Origin: Candidatus Aenigmatarchaeota archaeon
Lineage (GTDB): Archaea; Aenigmatarchaeota; Aenigmatarchaeia; CG10238-14; SpSt-28
Assembly: GCA_032249395.1 (NCBI GenBank)
Contig: JAVVFY010000006.1
Location: 1-43,705, forward strand
Direction of reading: 5' to 3'
Length of the DNA stretch: 43,705 nt
Of this stretch, positions 1 through 9,729 are shown piece after piece. Positions within the stretch are counted from its first letter, which is position 1; every line of letters starts with the position of its first letter. The notes beneath the pieces were generated by a model that worked only from the letters and a program-made list of their open reading frames with translations, did no database searches and had not been told where the DNA came from. The position numbers were made by a program, and so were the translations under genes.

Positions 1-120
1 TATGAAGTTGTTGAAAATCCAAAAACGGGATTACCATTTTTAAGAAAGAAAAAGTTTGGTGGATTTTTTGGTTTATTTGGCGGAGGAAGGAAAGAGGAAG
101 AAACAAAAGAGAAGAGCTAG
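1..120 (+). CDS. 3' end of a partial CDS, unknown product (…YEVVENPKTGLPFLRKKKFGGFFGLFGGGRKEEETKEKS*)
   Basis: Frame 1 is open from the window start to TAG at 118-120, with coding-like composition. Confidence 0.6.
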   Translation, partial: YEVVENPKTGLPFLRKKKFGGFFGLFGGGRKEEETKEKS

Positions 121-137
121 AATTTATAGAAACAATT

Positions 138-563
138 TTAGCTAGAGTATCCAGATATTAAAGTTTCTACTTCTCTATCAGAGAGAACTTGGATAATTTT
201 TTGTCTCTTCAACCTGGGTTCCCTAGACCATATTGGTGATTTGTTAAAAGCTAAAAATAGCGCAAATAATGGAGCATCTTCTTTATGAGGGGAAATCTTT
301 AAAGCTTCATCTAAAAATATTTCATATTCAGATTTTGGAACTACTTCTATCAATAACTTTAATAGCTGAAAAGAATTAGCATATTCTTCTTTTGTGATAC
401 CTCTTTTCGTAATCTTTTCTCTTAAATTCTCCAACTCTTCCATAACAAACTGTGGAACAATCAATTTGACTCCACTTAAATACAGTTTTTTAAAAATTTC
501 TACAACCCTTTTGCTACCGAAAAAAGCAAATAGGACATTTGTGTCTATTATCAATATTTTCAT
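138..563 (-). CDS. PIN-domain (VapC-like) ribonuclease toxin
   Basis: N-terminal IIDTNVL motif, central EEL and 'EDAP…A' acidic residues typical of PIN domains; 4-nt overlap with the upstream small ORF. Confidence 0.85.
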   Translation of the reverse strand: MKILIIDTNVLFAFFGSKRVVEIFKKLYLSGVKLIVPQFVMEELENLREKITKRGITKEEYANSFQLLKLLIEVVPKSEYEIFLDEALKISPHKEDAPLFALFLAFNKSPIWSREPRLKRQKIIQVLSDREVETLISGYSS

Positions 564-793
564 AATAATCCATGTCTTTTTGCGACTTTTTCTTTTAGCT
601 CCTCCCCTAATTCTAATATTTCTTTATTGGATAGCTTGCTTTTTGATGCTGTTTTCTTTGCTCTTTCAAATAATAATTGTATTTTCAATTCCTCTTCAAT
701 TCCCCTCGCTATAACTCTTGGTAGAATATTTTCCCAATCTAGCTTTTTAATCAACTTTTCATATTCTTCTGGCAATTTTATTTCAACTTTCAT
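560..793 (-). CDS. Putative antitoxin of the PIN toxin
   Basis: 77 aa, N-terminal beta-strand/RHH-like start (VEIKLPEE), directly upstream of and overlapping the PIN gene. Confidence 0.7.
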   Translation of the reverse strand: MKVEIKLPEEYEKLIKKLDWENILPRVIARGIEEELKIQLLFERAKKTASKSKLSNKEILELGEELKEKVAKRHGLL

Positions 794-860
794 ATTTAGA
801 TTTGTATGTTGCTTTTAAATAAAATTTCAAACGAATTCACCTTCTCTTAAACACAAAAAT

Positions 861-1339
861 CTAGCCAAGGTAGTTTTTTATAAAAATACCAATCCAATTT
901 GCCAAAATTATAACTATAATAGCTACGATCAAGTGTTCCAATATAACTTTCCATGCAACTTCTTTTTCCCATTTTGCCAAAAAGTAGCTAAGTATTGAAA
1001 GTAAAGAAAGACCATAGAAAACATTTATGATTGCAGCTAATGAAAGAGGGAAAATTAATACTGCTGGTAAAAAAGAAAGACCAAAAATTGCTTTAAAAAA
1101 GAAAGTTGCCAAAGAAGCTTCCCAAATTTCTTTTCTCGTATGTTTACCTTCAGACTCCTCAGACAAAATGAATTCCTAAAGCATCTGAAAAAGCATCTGC
1201 TATAGCAATTGTTAGTATACAACATATAACAACGATTTTTGATTCTGTTCCTGAGATTAACCAATCATTAAAAACCAAGAGTTGCAATTATAGCTGAAGT
1301 TAAACCAAAGCTCAAACCAGTTTTAAATTGATGGTTCAT
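861..1339 (-). pseudogene. VIT1/CCC1-family membrane protein, frameshifted
   Basis: Joined frames read MNHQFKTGLSFGLTSAIIATLG / LISGTESKIVVICCILTIAIADAFSDALGIH / SEESEGKHTRKEIWEAS…; about 3 frameshifts, in T runs. Confidence 0.75.
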
Positions 1340-1422
1340 TCTTTGATTTTATATTTTGACCTTAAAAACTCCATAAAAATAAAAGATAAATTTATTGCAA
1401 TAAACTATTAATTGAGGAGAAA

Positions 1423-2205
1423 ATGGCAAGAATAATATCTGTTTTTTCATCAAAAGGAGGAGTTGGTAAAACAACAATAACAGCAAATTTGGGAGCTATA
1501 CTTGCATCTAAGTTTCAAAAGAAAGTCACTCTAATAGATTGTAATTTGACATCTTCTCATTTGGCATTGTATCTTGGAATTTATTATTCGCCAATAACCT
1601 TGAATAAAGTTTTGAGAGGAGATTATCAAATCAGTGAAGCAATTTATGTTCACTCAAGCGGAATGCAAGTTGTTCCCGCCTCACTTTCTGTTACTGAGCT
1701 TGAAGGTTCAGACCTATTGAAACTGCCAAACGTTATATCATCTTTAGAACCAACGAACGATTTTCTAATTTTAGATTCAGCCCCAGGCTTAGGAAGAGAA
1801 GCATTGGCTTCTTTAAAATCTTCTAGAGAAGTCTTACTTGTTACAACCCCAATCGTTTCCACAGTTTTAGATATTGTCAGAACTCAAGAAGTTTTGAGAG
1901 AAATTGGAATAAAACCAATAGGAATTGTTGTTAATATGGCAACTGGAGCTAGCTATGAAATGAGAAAAGAAGAGATAGAACAATTGACTGGTTTGAAAGT
2001 AATAGCAACAATACCTTATGATAAAGATGTTTATAGGAGCACTGCATTGAAGCAGCCAATATTTCTTTTGAATCCAAACAATAGGGCGAGCAAAGAACTT
2101 GTAAAGCTTGCAGCTTTTATAAGTGGAGTTGAATATTTTGAGAAGAAAAGTTTGTTAGAAAAAGTGGCTGATAAATTTAGAGTTATTAGAAGCTACTTTT
2201 ACTGA
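1423..2205 (+). CDS. minD: MinD/ParA-family cell division ATPase
   Basis: Deviant Walker A SKGGVGKTT, ILDSAPG Walker B, amphipathic C-terminus. Confidence 0.85.
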   Translation: MARIISVFSSKGGVGKTTITANLGAILASKFQKKVTLIDCNLTSSHLALYLGIYYSPITLNKVLRGDYQISEAIYVHSSGMQVVPASLSVTELEGSDLLKLPNVISSLEPTNDFLILDSAPGLGREALASLKSSREVLLVTTPIVSTVLDIVRTQEVLREIGIKPIGIVVNMATGASYEMRKEEIEQLTGLKVIATIPYDKDVYRSTALKQPIFLLNPNNRASKELVKLAAFISGVEYFEKKSLLEKVADKFRVIRSYFY

Positions 2206-2206
2206 T

Positions 2207-3751
2207 TCATCTTTCTAAGATGAACCTCTTTTTTGCTATTTGACTGTCTTCTATTCTTTCAATCAACATTTTTCTCTTCTTTCCAATTCCGATTATCGTT
2301 TCTTCTTTCAAAACTTTCAAAGCATCTTCTAATTTACTCTCACTTTCAGCATAAATTGTGAAAACTTTTTCTCCTTTTTTAACAGCATCTCCAACCTTTT
2401 TGTATAATAAAACTCCAGCTCCTTTGAAAATTGGAGAACCAGCAGCTCTAGCTAAAGAAGCAAAACCACCATTATCCATCCATATAACAAAACCATCTTC
2501 TTCAGCAACAAAATCGTAAGTATATTTGCCAATTGGAATATCTTCTGGCTTAATCTTCGGATTTCCACCCTGAGCTTCGATAATTTCTCTAAATTTCTTT
2601 TCTGCTTTTCCACTTTCTAAAATTTTCATAGCAAGCTCTTTTCCATTCTTTTTACCGACCATTTCTAATAGTATTCCAGCGATGCTTGTCACCTTATCTA
2701 TCTGATCTTCAACAATCTTCTTTCTCATCAAAATTTCTAAAGCCTCTTTAGCTTCCAAACCAGCGCCGATAGAATAGCCAATCGGTTGTTCCCCATAAGT
2801 TATTGCTACATTGACTTTAATTTTTAGCATACTTCCTAATGTTATGAAATCTTTTGCAAGGATTTGAGCGTCTCCTATTGTTTTAATTTTTGCTCCTCTT
2901 CCAGTTGGTATATCTATAACCAAATGAGTTGCGCCAACAGCTTTTTTCTTCGCCATTATTGAAGGGAATAATAATGGATCAATTTCAAGCGGATATTCGG
3001 CTTTGATAAAAATGTCGTCTGCTGGAGCCAAGTGTAAAGCTCCTCCCCAAACCAGACAACCATTTGTTTTTTCTAGAACTCTTTTCATTTCGCCTATTGT
3101 TAAATTAACTGGCATGATTGTTTCTACTTTATCAGCTGTTCCAGCTGGAGAAGTTATTGCTCTAGAAGAAGTTTTTGGAATAGTATAACCAAGAGAAGCA
3201 ATTATTGGGACCAAAAGCATACTTGTCTTATCTCCAATTCCGCCACCTATCGAATGTTTATCTAGAACAACCTTTTTATTAAGATCTAATTTTTCTCCGG
3301 TTTCGACCATTGCCATGGTCAAGCTAGCTGCCTCATTCAAATCTAAACCAAATGTATGCAATCCAACGACAAAAGCTGTAATTTCAGCTTCAGTAAGATT
3401 ACCTTCGACAACATCTTTAACAATTTTGTAAAATTCTTCATATTCAAGCTTCTTACCCTTTAACTTCTTTTTTATGTAAGTTAATGATTCAGGAAACGGA
3501 GCTAAATTTACATCCACTTCTTCTCCATCTTTTACTTTTAAAATGGAAGAAACCTCTTCATAAAGACCAATGTGACCTCTTTTAACTAAAGTTTTCGTCA
3601 CATTTGGTATTGATGTTATGGTTTTATCTTTGTATGAAATTTTCAGCCTGGTTGGTATTCTTGTCCCAAAATTCTGTAAATCGGCTTCATTGATTATTAC
3701 TATTTTTTTACCACCTGCAGAAGTTTTCAAATTTTTTGCTTTGAGCAACAT
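2207..3751 (-). CDS. AMP phosphorylase (thymidine phosphorylase family)
   Basis: DKHSIGG and PKTSSRAITSPAGTAD motifs, 514 aa with N-terminal extension, clustered with RuBisCO and R15P isomerase. Confidence 0.93.
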   Translation of the reverse strand: MLLKAKNLKTSAGGKKIVIINEADLQNFGTRIPTRLKISYKDKTITSIPNVTKTLVKRGHIGLYEEVSSILKVKDGEEVDVNLAPFPESLTYIKKKLKGKKLEYEEFYKIVKDVVEGNLTEAEITAFVVGLHTFGLDLNEAASLTMAMVETGEKLDLNKKVVLDKHSIGGGIGDKTSMLLVPIIASLGYTIPKTSSRAITSPAGTADKVETIMPVNLTIGEMKRVLEKTNGCLVWGGALHLAPADDIFIKAEYPLEIDPLLFPSIMAKKKAVGATHLVIDIPTGRGAKIKTIGDAQILAKDFITLGSMLKIKVNVAITYGEQPIGYSIGAGLEAKEALEILMRKKIVEDQIDKVTSIAGILLEMVGKKNGKELAMKILESGKAEKKFREIIEAQGGNPKIKPEDIPIGKYTYDFVAEEDGFVIWMDNGGFASLARAAGSPIFKGAGVLLYKKVGDAVKKGEKVFTIYAESESKLEDALKVLKEETIIGIGKKRKMLIERIEDSQIAKKRFILER

Positions 3752-3781
3752 TCAATTAATTTAGAATTTAGTTAAAAATAT

Positions 3782-4195
3782 TTATCTTGAAACGATGAAA
3801 ATTAAGCCTTCACAAGTGTTGTTTATGCATTTGCATTTCTCTTTTGGTTTTGGTACAGAAACATTTGGGCAAAGAACAAACTTGCTTTGACAATCAATAT
3901 AAGAATTTTTATTCAAACATTGCCATTGAGCACCGGCATCTTCTTTACAACAATTTGTAATTATCCAATCACAATCTTCATCTTTAGTACAATTTGTCAA
4001 TATCTCTGTAGGTCTAATAGTTGTGTTTTCTTCTTTATAAATTTTGATATTTCCGAAACCCTTAACTTCAACTATTTCAATAATTTGATTCTTTGATGCT
4101 TTGGTATAAAGAAGGATGTTTAAAAGGATCACAAAAATTAGTATAAGAAAAAGAATTCCAATAAAAGGCGATTTTTTCTTCTTTGCCATTATCAC
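3782..4195 (-). CDS. Membrane-anchored cysteine-rich hypothetical protein
   Basis: Basic N-terminus plus hydrophobic helix; C-terminal domain with 10 Cys. Confidence 0.7.
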   Translation of the reverse strand: MIMAKKKKSPFIGILFLILIFVILLNILLYTKASKNQIIEIVEVKGFGNIKIYKEENTTIRPTEILTNCTKDEDCDWIITNCCKEDAGAQWQCLNKNSYIDCQSKFVLCPNVSVPKPKEKCKCINNTCEGLIFIVSR

Positions 4196-4220
4196 TTTTA
4201 GAACATTATTTAATAATCAT

Positions 4221-5507
4221 TTATTTTGGTTTTTCTTTACCCCAAGTTTCTAATGCAACTTTTAACTCTTTGTGTGTTTCAGCGTATTCTTCCAGCGATA
4301 TTCCTCGTTTATACGCTTCAATAGCTTGCATTACCGCTCTAGCACCTGCTTCTATCCCAAGCGGATGACCATATATGCCACCACCAACTTGGATGACAAT
4401 GTTAGTCGTTCCATATATATCAAAAAGTTCCGGAAGAATCCCAGGATGAAGCCCACCAGATGCTACAGGCAATATTGGCTTTATGTGATACCACTTTTGA
4501 TGTAGCCTTAGGTTTTTAATTTCATCTACTTCTTCTTGAGTTATAAGCTCTTTTGTTGCTAATACCTCTTCCTTTCTTCCTTCTAGTTTTCCTATTACGG
4601 TCCCGATGTGAAGATTATCAATACCAGCAATTCTCATGAGTTTCGCTAGGAACAAGAAAGAAATTCCATGTTTTTCATTTCTTGTAAATGTGGCATGCAT
4701 TGCCCTATGACCATGAATAGCCATTTTGAGATCATGAGCAATTTCTGTTGCACTTTGAACTGCTGTAAATCCAGAAACAACAACATCAAGCATGAAATAC
4801 CTGAATCCATAATCATGTATCAATTTTATTCTTTTTTCCATCTCTTTGAGAGTAGGAGCTGTAACATTTATGAACGCATCTTTTGCTTCACCAGTTTCTC
4901 TTTCAGCTTTCTCTCTATATTTAGCTAAAAGTCTAACTCTTTTTTCAAATCTGTTGAATTTTTGGCTAGAAAGATTTTCATCATCTTTAATACAATCAAG
5001 CCCATTTCTCCAAAGCAAGTATCCAATTTTTGCGTGTTCCTCGCTAGTATAACCAACTTTCGGTTTTGGAACACTAGCAACGATTGGTCCTTCTTTCTTC
5101 TTGAAAATCTCCTTAATAGCTTTAAAGCCAAAAGTCGCTCCTCTGAAATATTTCAAATATTCTTTTGGAAATTCCACATCCATCAATCTCAAATTTTTCA
5201 CGGCTTTCATTCCAAAAATGTTTCCAGCTATTCCAGAAAGCAGGTTTGGTAATGAGCCCTCCTCAAAAAGTTCTATAGGATAGGAAATTTTAACAAAATT
5301 ACCATTTATTTCAAAAACTTTTGCTTTCAATTTTTCTATTCTTTTTGGAACGTGTATTAAATCACTCCATGTCCCGCATGAAGATTCGCTAGCAACTCTG
5401 GAAGAAGCATCTTTCATGTTAAAGTCTTTTGCTGGCTCAATTCTGAACAAAGCTACTATTTCATCTTTTGGTTTATGCTTCAAGTCAATAAAGTCTTCGT
5501 ACTTCAT
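4221..5507 (-). CDS. rbcL: Form III ribulose-1,5-bisphosphate carboxylase large subunit
   Basis: IKDDE catalytic motif, KPKVG, HGHRAMH, SGGLHP, GGGIYGHP; ATG at 5507 overlaps the upstream stop. Confidence 0.95.
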   Translation of the reverse strand: MKYEDFIDLKHKPKDEIVALFRIEPAKDFNMKDASSRVASESSCGTWSDLIHVPKRIEKLKAKVFEINGNFVKISYPIELFEEGSLPNLLSGIAGNIFGMKAVKNLRLMDVEFPKEYLKYFRGATFGFKAIKEIFKKKEGPIVASVPKPKVGYTSEEHAKIGYLLWRNGLDCIKDDENLSSQKFNRFEKRVRLLAKYREKAERETGEAKDAFINVTAPTLKEMEKRIKLIHDYGFRYFMLDVVVSGFTAVQSATEIAHDLKMAIHGHRAMHATFTRNEKHGISFLFLAKLMRIAGIDNLHIGTVIGKLEGRKEEVLATKELITQEEVDEIKNLRLHQKWYHIKPILPVASGGLHPGILPELFDIYGTTNIVIQVGGGIYGHPLGIEAGARAVMQAIEAYKRGISLEEYAETHKELKVALETWGKEKPK

Positions 5508-6331
5508 TCTATCAACCACCTATATACTTTTTTAACTTCTTGAATAAAAGTTTCTGGTTTTAGAACTCCAAGCTCGCTAATTATTCCAGTTATCAGCTTT
5601 GGATTAATTTTTTCAAAAACGTAATTTGAAATTTTTACCCCTCTTGGAGGTCTATCCCAAACTTCTTTGATAGCTCTTTTCTCTATTTCGACTTCAAAAC
5701 CAAAGAAGGTTAAAGGATCAAATTTTAAAGAATGAGTGGCAACATAAACTGGAACGTCATATCTGTTTGCAACTTCAGCAAAAAGCTCACTACCAATTTT
5801 ATTTATGACTATTCCTTCAGCTGTTATAGCGTCGCATCCTATAAGCATAATATTTGCTTTTTTCAAAGCCAATCTAGCAGCAGAATCGACAAAAATTTTA
5901 ACTGGAATACCTTCTGTAGCTAACTCTTTTGCCGTTATTCTTCCTTGGAAGAAGGGTCTTGTTTCTGTTACATGAACTTCAAATTTTTTTCCATCTTTCC
6001 AGGCTCTTTTCAAGATAGAAGTTACGGTTGAAGAATGGCAATGTGTATAAACTATGAAACCATCTTGAATTTTTTTGCTACCAATCTCTTCTATCTTTTT
6101 TCTATCTTCATCTAACTTTTTCAAAAGGCCTTCAGCATCTCCAAATCTCTCTAAATATTTCAAGACATTTCTTAACATTGGTTCAGTTGGTCTAGCCTTT
6201 ACCAATTTTTCTGAAGCCTTCTTTTTGTCTTTTGCTTTGCTCCAAGCAACTATAGCTGCTCTTGCTATGTTTTCAGCGCCTTGAATTTTCGACTCTTTTA
6301 TCTCTTTTACAGTCTTATCAACGATATCCAT
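5504..6331 (-). CDS. Ribose-1,5-bisphosphate isomerase (eIF-2B family)
   Basis: IQGA, RPTEPMLRN, THCHSS, ETRP, NKIGS motifs; adjacent to RuBisCO. Confidence 0.9.
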   Translation of the reverse strand: MDIVDKTVKEIKESKIQGAENIARAAIVAWSKAKDKKKASEKLVKARPTEPMLRNVLKYLERFGDAEGLLKKLDEDRKKIEEIGSKKIQDGFIVYTHCHSSTVTSILKRAWKDGKKFEVHVTETRPFFQGRITAKELATEGIPVKIFVDSAARLALKKANIMLIGCDAITAEGIVINKIGSELFAEVANRYDVPVYVATHSLKFDPLTFFGFEVEIEKRAIKEVWDRPPRGVKISNYVFEKINPKLITGIISELGVLKPETFIQEVKKVYRWLIE

Positions 6332-6362
6332 TATAATTATTGTTCGTTTGAGAATAAATTTT

Positions 6363-7022
6363 ATGGAAGAAGTTGAAAGACTTGTTGAAGAATATAAAAG
6401 ACTAGGCTATTTGAGAAGTAAAAAGGTTGAGAGAGCATTTAGAAAAGTTAAAAGAGAATTTTTTGTTCCAGATGAGTTAAAAGAACAAGCTTATGTTGAT
6501 GCACCTCTTCCAATTCCAGGAGGAGTAACAATCTCTGCACCTCATATGCACGTCATTTGCTTAGAAGAATTGGATTTGAAAAGAGGAGAGAAATTTTTAG
6601 AAGTTGGTGCTGGAAGCGGTATTTTTCTTGCATATGCTTATGAAATTATAAGAGAGAAAAACAAAGTTTTTGGGATTGAAATTAATGAAGAGACCTACAA
6701 TTTTGCTTTGAGAAACTTAGAAAGAGCAGGGTATGTAGATAAAGTAAATTTGATTTTGGGAGATGGTAGTTTAGGTTTAGCAGAAGAAGCACCATTCGAT
6801 AAAATTTTAGTTAGTGCGGCTGCTCCAGATTTTCCCAAACCACTAGTAGAACAATTAAAGGTTGGTGGGTGTATTGTAGCAATAATTGGATATCATGAGC
6901 AATATTTAGTTAAGGGAATAAAGAAGGATGAGAAAGAGATAGAAAAAAAAGTCGTTTTGCCGGTAGTTTTCTTGCCATTGAGAGGAGAATATGGTTGGAG
7001 CAATCCAAAAATTAAGTTTTAA
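6363..7022 (+). CDS. pcm: Protein-L-isoaspartate O-methyltransferase
   Basis: TISAPHM, LEVGAGSG, GDGSLG…APFDKI, VFLPLRG motifs. Confidence 0.92.
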   Translation: MEEVERLVEEYKRLGYLRSKKVERAFRKVKREFFVPDELKEQAYVDAPLPIPGGVTISAPHMHVICLEELDLKRGEKFLEVGAGSGIFLAYAYEIIREKNKVFGIEINEETYNFALRNLERAGYVDKVNLILGDGSLGLAEEAPFDKILVSAAAPDFPKPLVEQLKVGGCIVAIIGYHEQYLVKGIKKDEKEIEKKVVLPVVFLPLRGEYGWSNPKIKF

Positions 7023-7070
7023 TTTAATACAACTTTATTTTTATTTTTAAAGTTGGCATAAAAATTAAAT

Positions 7071-7568
7071 TTATTTTTTGTTTTTTCTTGTAATATAAAA
7101 AAAGTATACTAAACCACTTACTGTTGTAGCTAAAATTTGAGTAGTACTTAAATGAACATTAAGTGAGTTTAAAATTTTTTCGAGTGCTTCAAGTATGTAA
7201 TAAATGTCAAAATATAATAGCAAATTATTTATTGAGGCATAAAATCTTCCTGCACTTATACCATATAGAAGACTACTATAAACTTTCTTCCACTCATCTA
7301 TACTTAACACTTTTGATATTGCGTAAATTGTAGGAATATAAGATATAGCGATACAATAAAGAGGAATGATTGAAGCTTCTTCGCCTAATCTATAAAGAAT
7401 TTCTCTTGCTATTACGTTTGTTTCACTTTCTAATGTAAATTTTTTTACAACTATATAAGTGGACATCACATCTAATACACTTCCAATTAGGTAAGCTACA
7501 ATTGGCTTTGGTTGATACATTTCTAATACCATATTCTTAAACTTCTCTTTAAGACTCATAGCCGACAC
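7071..7568 (-). CDS. Hypothetical membrane protein
   Basis: 165 aa ORF with several hydrophobic segments and a D..ST…E.N motif. Confidence 0.6.
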   Translation of the reverse strand: MSAMSLKEKFKNMVLEMYQPKPIVAYLIGSVLDVMSTYIVVKKFTLESETNVIAREILYRLGEEASIIPLYCIAISYIPTIYAISKVLSIDEWKKVYSSLLYGISAGRFYASINNLLLYFDIYYILEALEKILNSLNVHLSTTQILATTVSGLVYFFYITRKNKK

Positions 7569-7583
7569 TCAATAAATTATTAT

Positions 7584-7683
7584 TGGGGCTGCTGGGATTT
7601 GAACCCAGATCAGCTGGTTTCCTCATTTTGTCGGAGCTCCATAGCTGGAGCCAGCCGTCCTAACCTGGTTAGACGACAGCCCC
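7584..7683 (-). tRNA. tRNA-Trp(CCA) with 26-nt intron at 37/38 (7619-7644)
   Basis: Acceptor GGGGCTG/CAGCCCC, anticodon stem GCTGG/CCAGC, CT-CCA-G, T-loop TTCAAAT. Confidence 0.9.
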
Positions 7684-7717
7684 ATAAATCATTTCTAACT
7701 TTAGCGTTTATTAAACT

Positions 7718-7789
7718 TGGGTCCGCTGGGAATTGAACCCAGCTCTCCGCCGTGTGAGGGCGGCGTCCTAACCGCTAGACTACGGACCC
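7718..7789 (-). tRNA. tRNA-Val(CAC)
   Basis: Cloverleaf with GGGTCCG/CGGACCC and CCGCC-CTCACAC-GGCGG. Confidence 0.95.
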
Positions 7790-7820
7790 AATAAATATTT
7801 TTGAAAACAAAAATTAGTTT

Positions 7821-8339
7821 ATGATTTTAAATAGCGAGGAAATAAAAGAGAGAATTTTAAAAGATAGGCTTATAGAGAATTTTATAGACTTAGAAACTCA
7901 ATTACAACCCGCGAGCTTTGATTTAACATTGGATGAAATTTATCTGCTTACAACTTCCGCTTCGATTGATTTTACAAACAAAGAAAGGAAGTTACCCAAC
8001 TACAAAAAGATAGAGTTCAAAAACGATTGGATCGAATTAAACGAAGGAATTTATCTTATTACTTTCAATGAAATCGTGAACATTCCTAAGGACTTACTTG
8101 CTCTTCTTCGGCCACGATCTTCTTTAGTAAGAAGCGGTGCTACAATTTTTTCTTCTCTTTGGGATCCAGGATATTCGGGAAAAAGCAATTGTTTGTTAGT
8201 TGTGTTCAACGAAAATGGAATTAGAATTAAGAAAAATGCGAGAATAGCACAAATGATTTTCTTCAAGCTTACATCTCCAGCAACAAAAATTTATTCTGGG
8301 ATTTACCAAAAAGAGGGTATAAACAATTTAAAGAAATAA
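7821..8339 (+). CDS. dUTPase / dCTP deaminase family (archaeal dUTPase)
   Basis: QLQPASFDLT, RPRSSLVR, WDPGYSG, RIAQ, YSGIYQ motifs. Confidence 0.85.
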   Translation: MILNSEEIKERILKDRLIENFIDLETQLQPASFDLTLDEIYLLTTSASIDFTNKERKLPNYKKIEFKNDWIELNEGIYLITFNEIVNIPKDLLALLRPRSSLVRSGATIFSSLWDPGYSGKSNCLLVVFNENGIRIKKNARIAQMIFFKLTSPATKIYSGIYQKEGINNLKK

Positions 8340-8353
8340 CTCAAGTAAATTTT

Positions 8354-8917
8354 ATGATTGAAAATTTTTACTTTGATAGAAAAGAATTAATTGAAATAAC
8401 AATCGCCATTTTTGTTTTGGTTTTAATTTTTTCTTTTGAAGGAGTTAGATTTAATTCTCAACTTTTGTTATTAAGTTCACTTTCAGTAGTAACAGCATTT
8501 CTGTTTCATGAATTAGCTCATAAATATGTAGCAATACTTCTTGGATACCATGCTAGATTTAGATTGTATCTTCCAGCTGTTTTATTAAGTTTAGTTTTGG
8601 TTTTTACTGGAGTAAAAGTTGCTGCTTTAGGATGGGTTGAAGTATATCCTTATAAATTTAAAGACTGGCTTTATAGAAGGTTGAGATTTTCGTTAGAAGA
8701 AATAGGCAAAATCGCATTAGCAGGTCCCCTAACTAATATAATTTTGGCTTTTGTATTTTTGATCACAGGCTTAGACTTTTTTAAATTCGTAAATGCTTGG
8801 ATGGCTTTTTTTAATTTGTTACCAATTCCTCCTTTAGACGGTTCTAAAATTTTGCACTGGAAATTCGGGGGATGGGTATTCTTTTTTATAATTTCACTAA
8901 TTTTGCTTATAGTTTAA
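8354..8917 (+). CDS. Site-2 protease (M50) zinc metalloprotease
   Basis: HELAH, AGPLTN and FNLLPIPPLDG motifs; hydrophobic. Confidence 0.9.
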   Translation: MIENFYFDRKELIEITIAIFVLVLIFSFEGVRFNSQLLLLSSLSVVTAFLFHELAHKYVAILLGYHARFRLYLPAVLLSLVLVFTGVKVAALGWVEVYPYKFKDWLYRRLRFSLEEIGKIALAGPLTNIILAFVFLITGLDFFKFVNAWMAFFNLLPIPPLDGSKILHWKFGGWVFFFIISLILLIV

Positions 8918-9693
8918 AATTCAGAATAAAAATATTTTAAAGCATCAATTACATCTTTTACTTCTACTACTTTTATCCCTACACTCTTACCCACGTCTTC
9001 AACCTTTTTCTTATAAATTATTGTGCAGAAAGTGAAAAATTCTATTTTCTCACACTTTTCTTCAGGAACATAATTTATTTGTGTTCCTTGACCGACAGGC
9101 ACCAATAACATTGTGGCTCCAACTTCTTTAGCAGCTTGGGCTTTTGGGATTATTCCTCCTACAGCACCTATTGTTCCATCAGGATTTATAGTTCCGGTAA
9201 TCATAACTTTAGGATTTAGCGTTTTGTTTTCTATAGCAGCTATAGTCGCTATTGTTAGTGCGGCACCAGCAGATGGTCCTCCAACGACAGATGCATTTAG
9301 GTTTTCTAGAGAATAAACTAAGTCAAATTTCGAAAGATCAACTTTTGTTATATCTTGTGCTACTTTTTTTGCTGTCTGAATAGATTGCTGAGTGTCTATC
9401 CAAAATAGTATGTTATTTATGTCAACTAATATCTTTCCATCTCCACGCTTTATTCCAACTTTTAAAATTGTAGCCACACCTTTGCCTTCATTATCTACAG
9501 CAGGCACATAAATTTTTACAAACCTCTCTTCTGTTAAGTTTGAGGCGTTCGAAGCAAAAACTACTGTTTTCTCTTTTTCGAAATCCAAAATATTTATATA
9601 AACTAAAATAGCCAAAGTTGCAACAATAAGTAAAAAGATTGATGAAAAAATTATTTTATTTAAACGTTTCGAATTGTAGTTTTTTCTTGCCAT
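8914..9693 (-). CDS. Membrane-anchored S16 (Lon protease domain) serine protease
   Basis: GPSAG nucleophile motif, TGTINPDGTIGAVGGIIPK, N-terminal TM helix, no ATPase domain. Confidence 0.87.
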   Translation of the reverse strand: MARKNYNSKRLNKIIFSSIFLLIVATLAILVYINILDFEKEKTVVFASNASNLTEERFVKIYVPAVDNEGKGVATILKVGIKRGDGKILVDINNILFWIDTQQSIQTAKKVAQDITKVDLSKFDLVYSLENLNASVVGGPSAGAALTIATIAAIENKTLNPKVMITGTINPDGTIGAVGGIIPKAQAAKEVGATMLLVPVGQGTQINYVPEEKCEKIEFFTFCTIIYKKKVEDVGKSVGIKVVEVKDVIDALKYFYSEF

Positions 9694-9729
9694 TATAGTT
9701 TTTATTGAAAATAAAAATTAAAAAATTGT

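Noticed and set aside
394..818. Plus-strand ORFs antisense to the TA pair, representative of the many antisense ORFs in the track
   Set aside because: Phe/Ser/Ile-rich mirror translations of well-supported genes
4221..5507. Calvin-cycle autotrophy
   Set aside because: The context is AMP phosphorylase plus R15P isomerase; no phosphoribulokinase in the window
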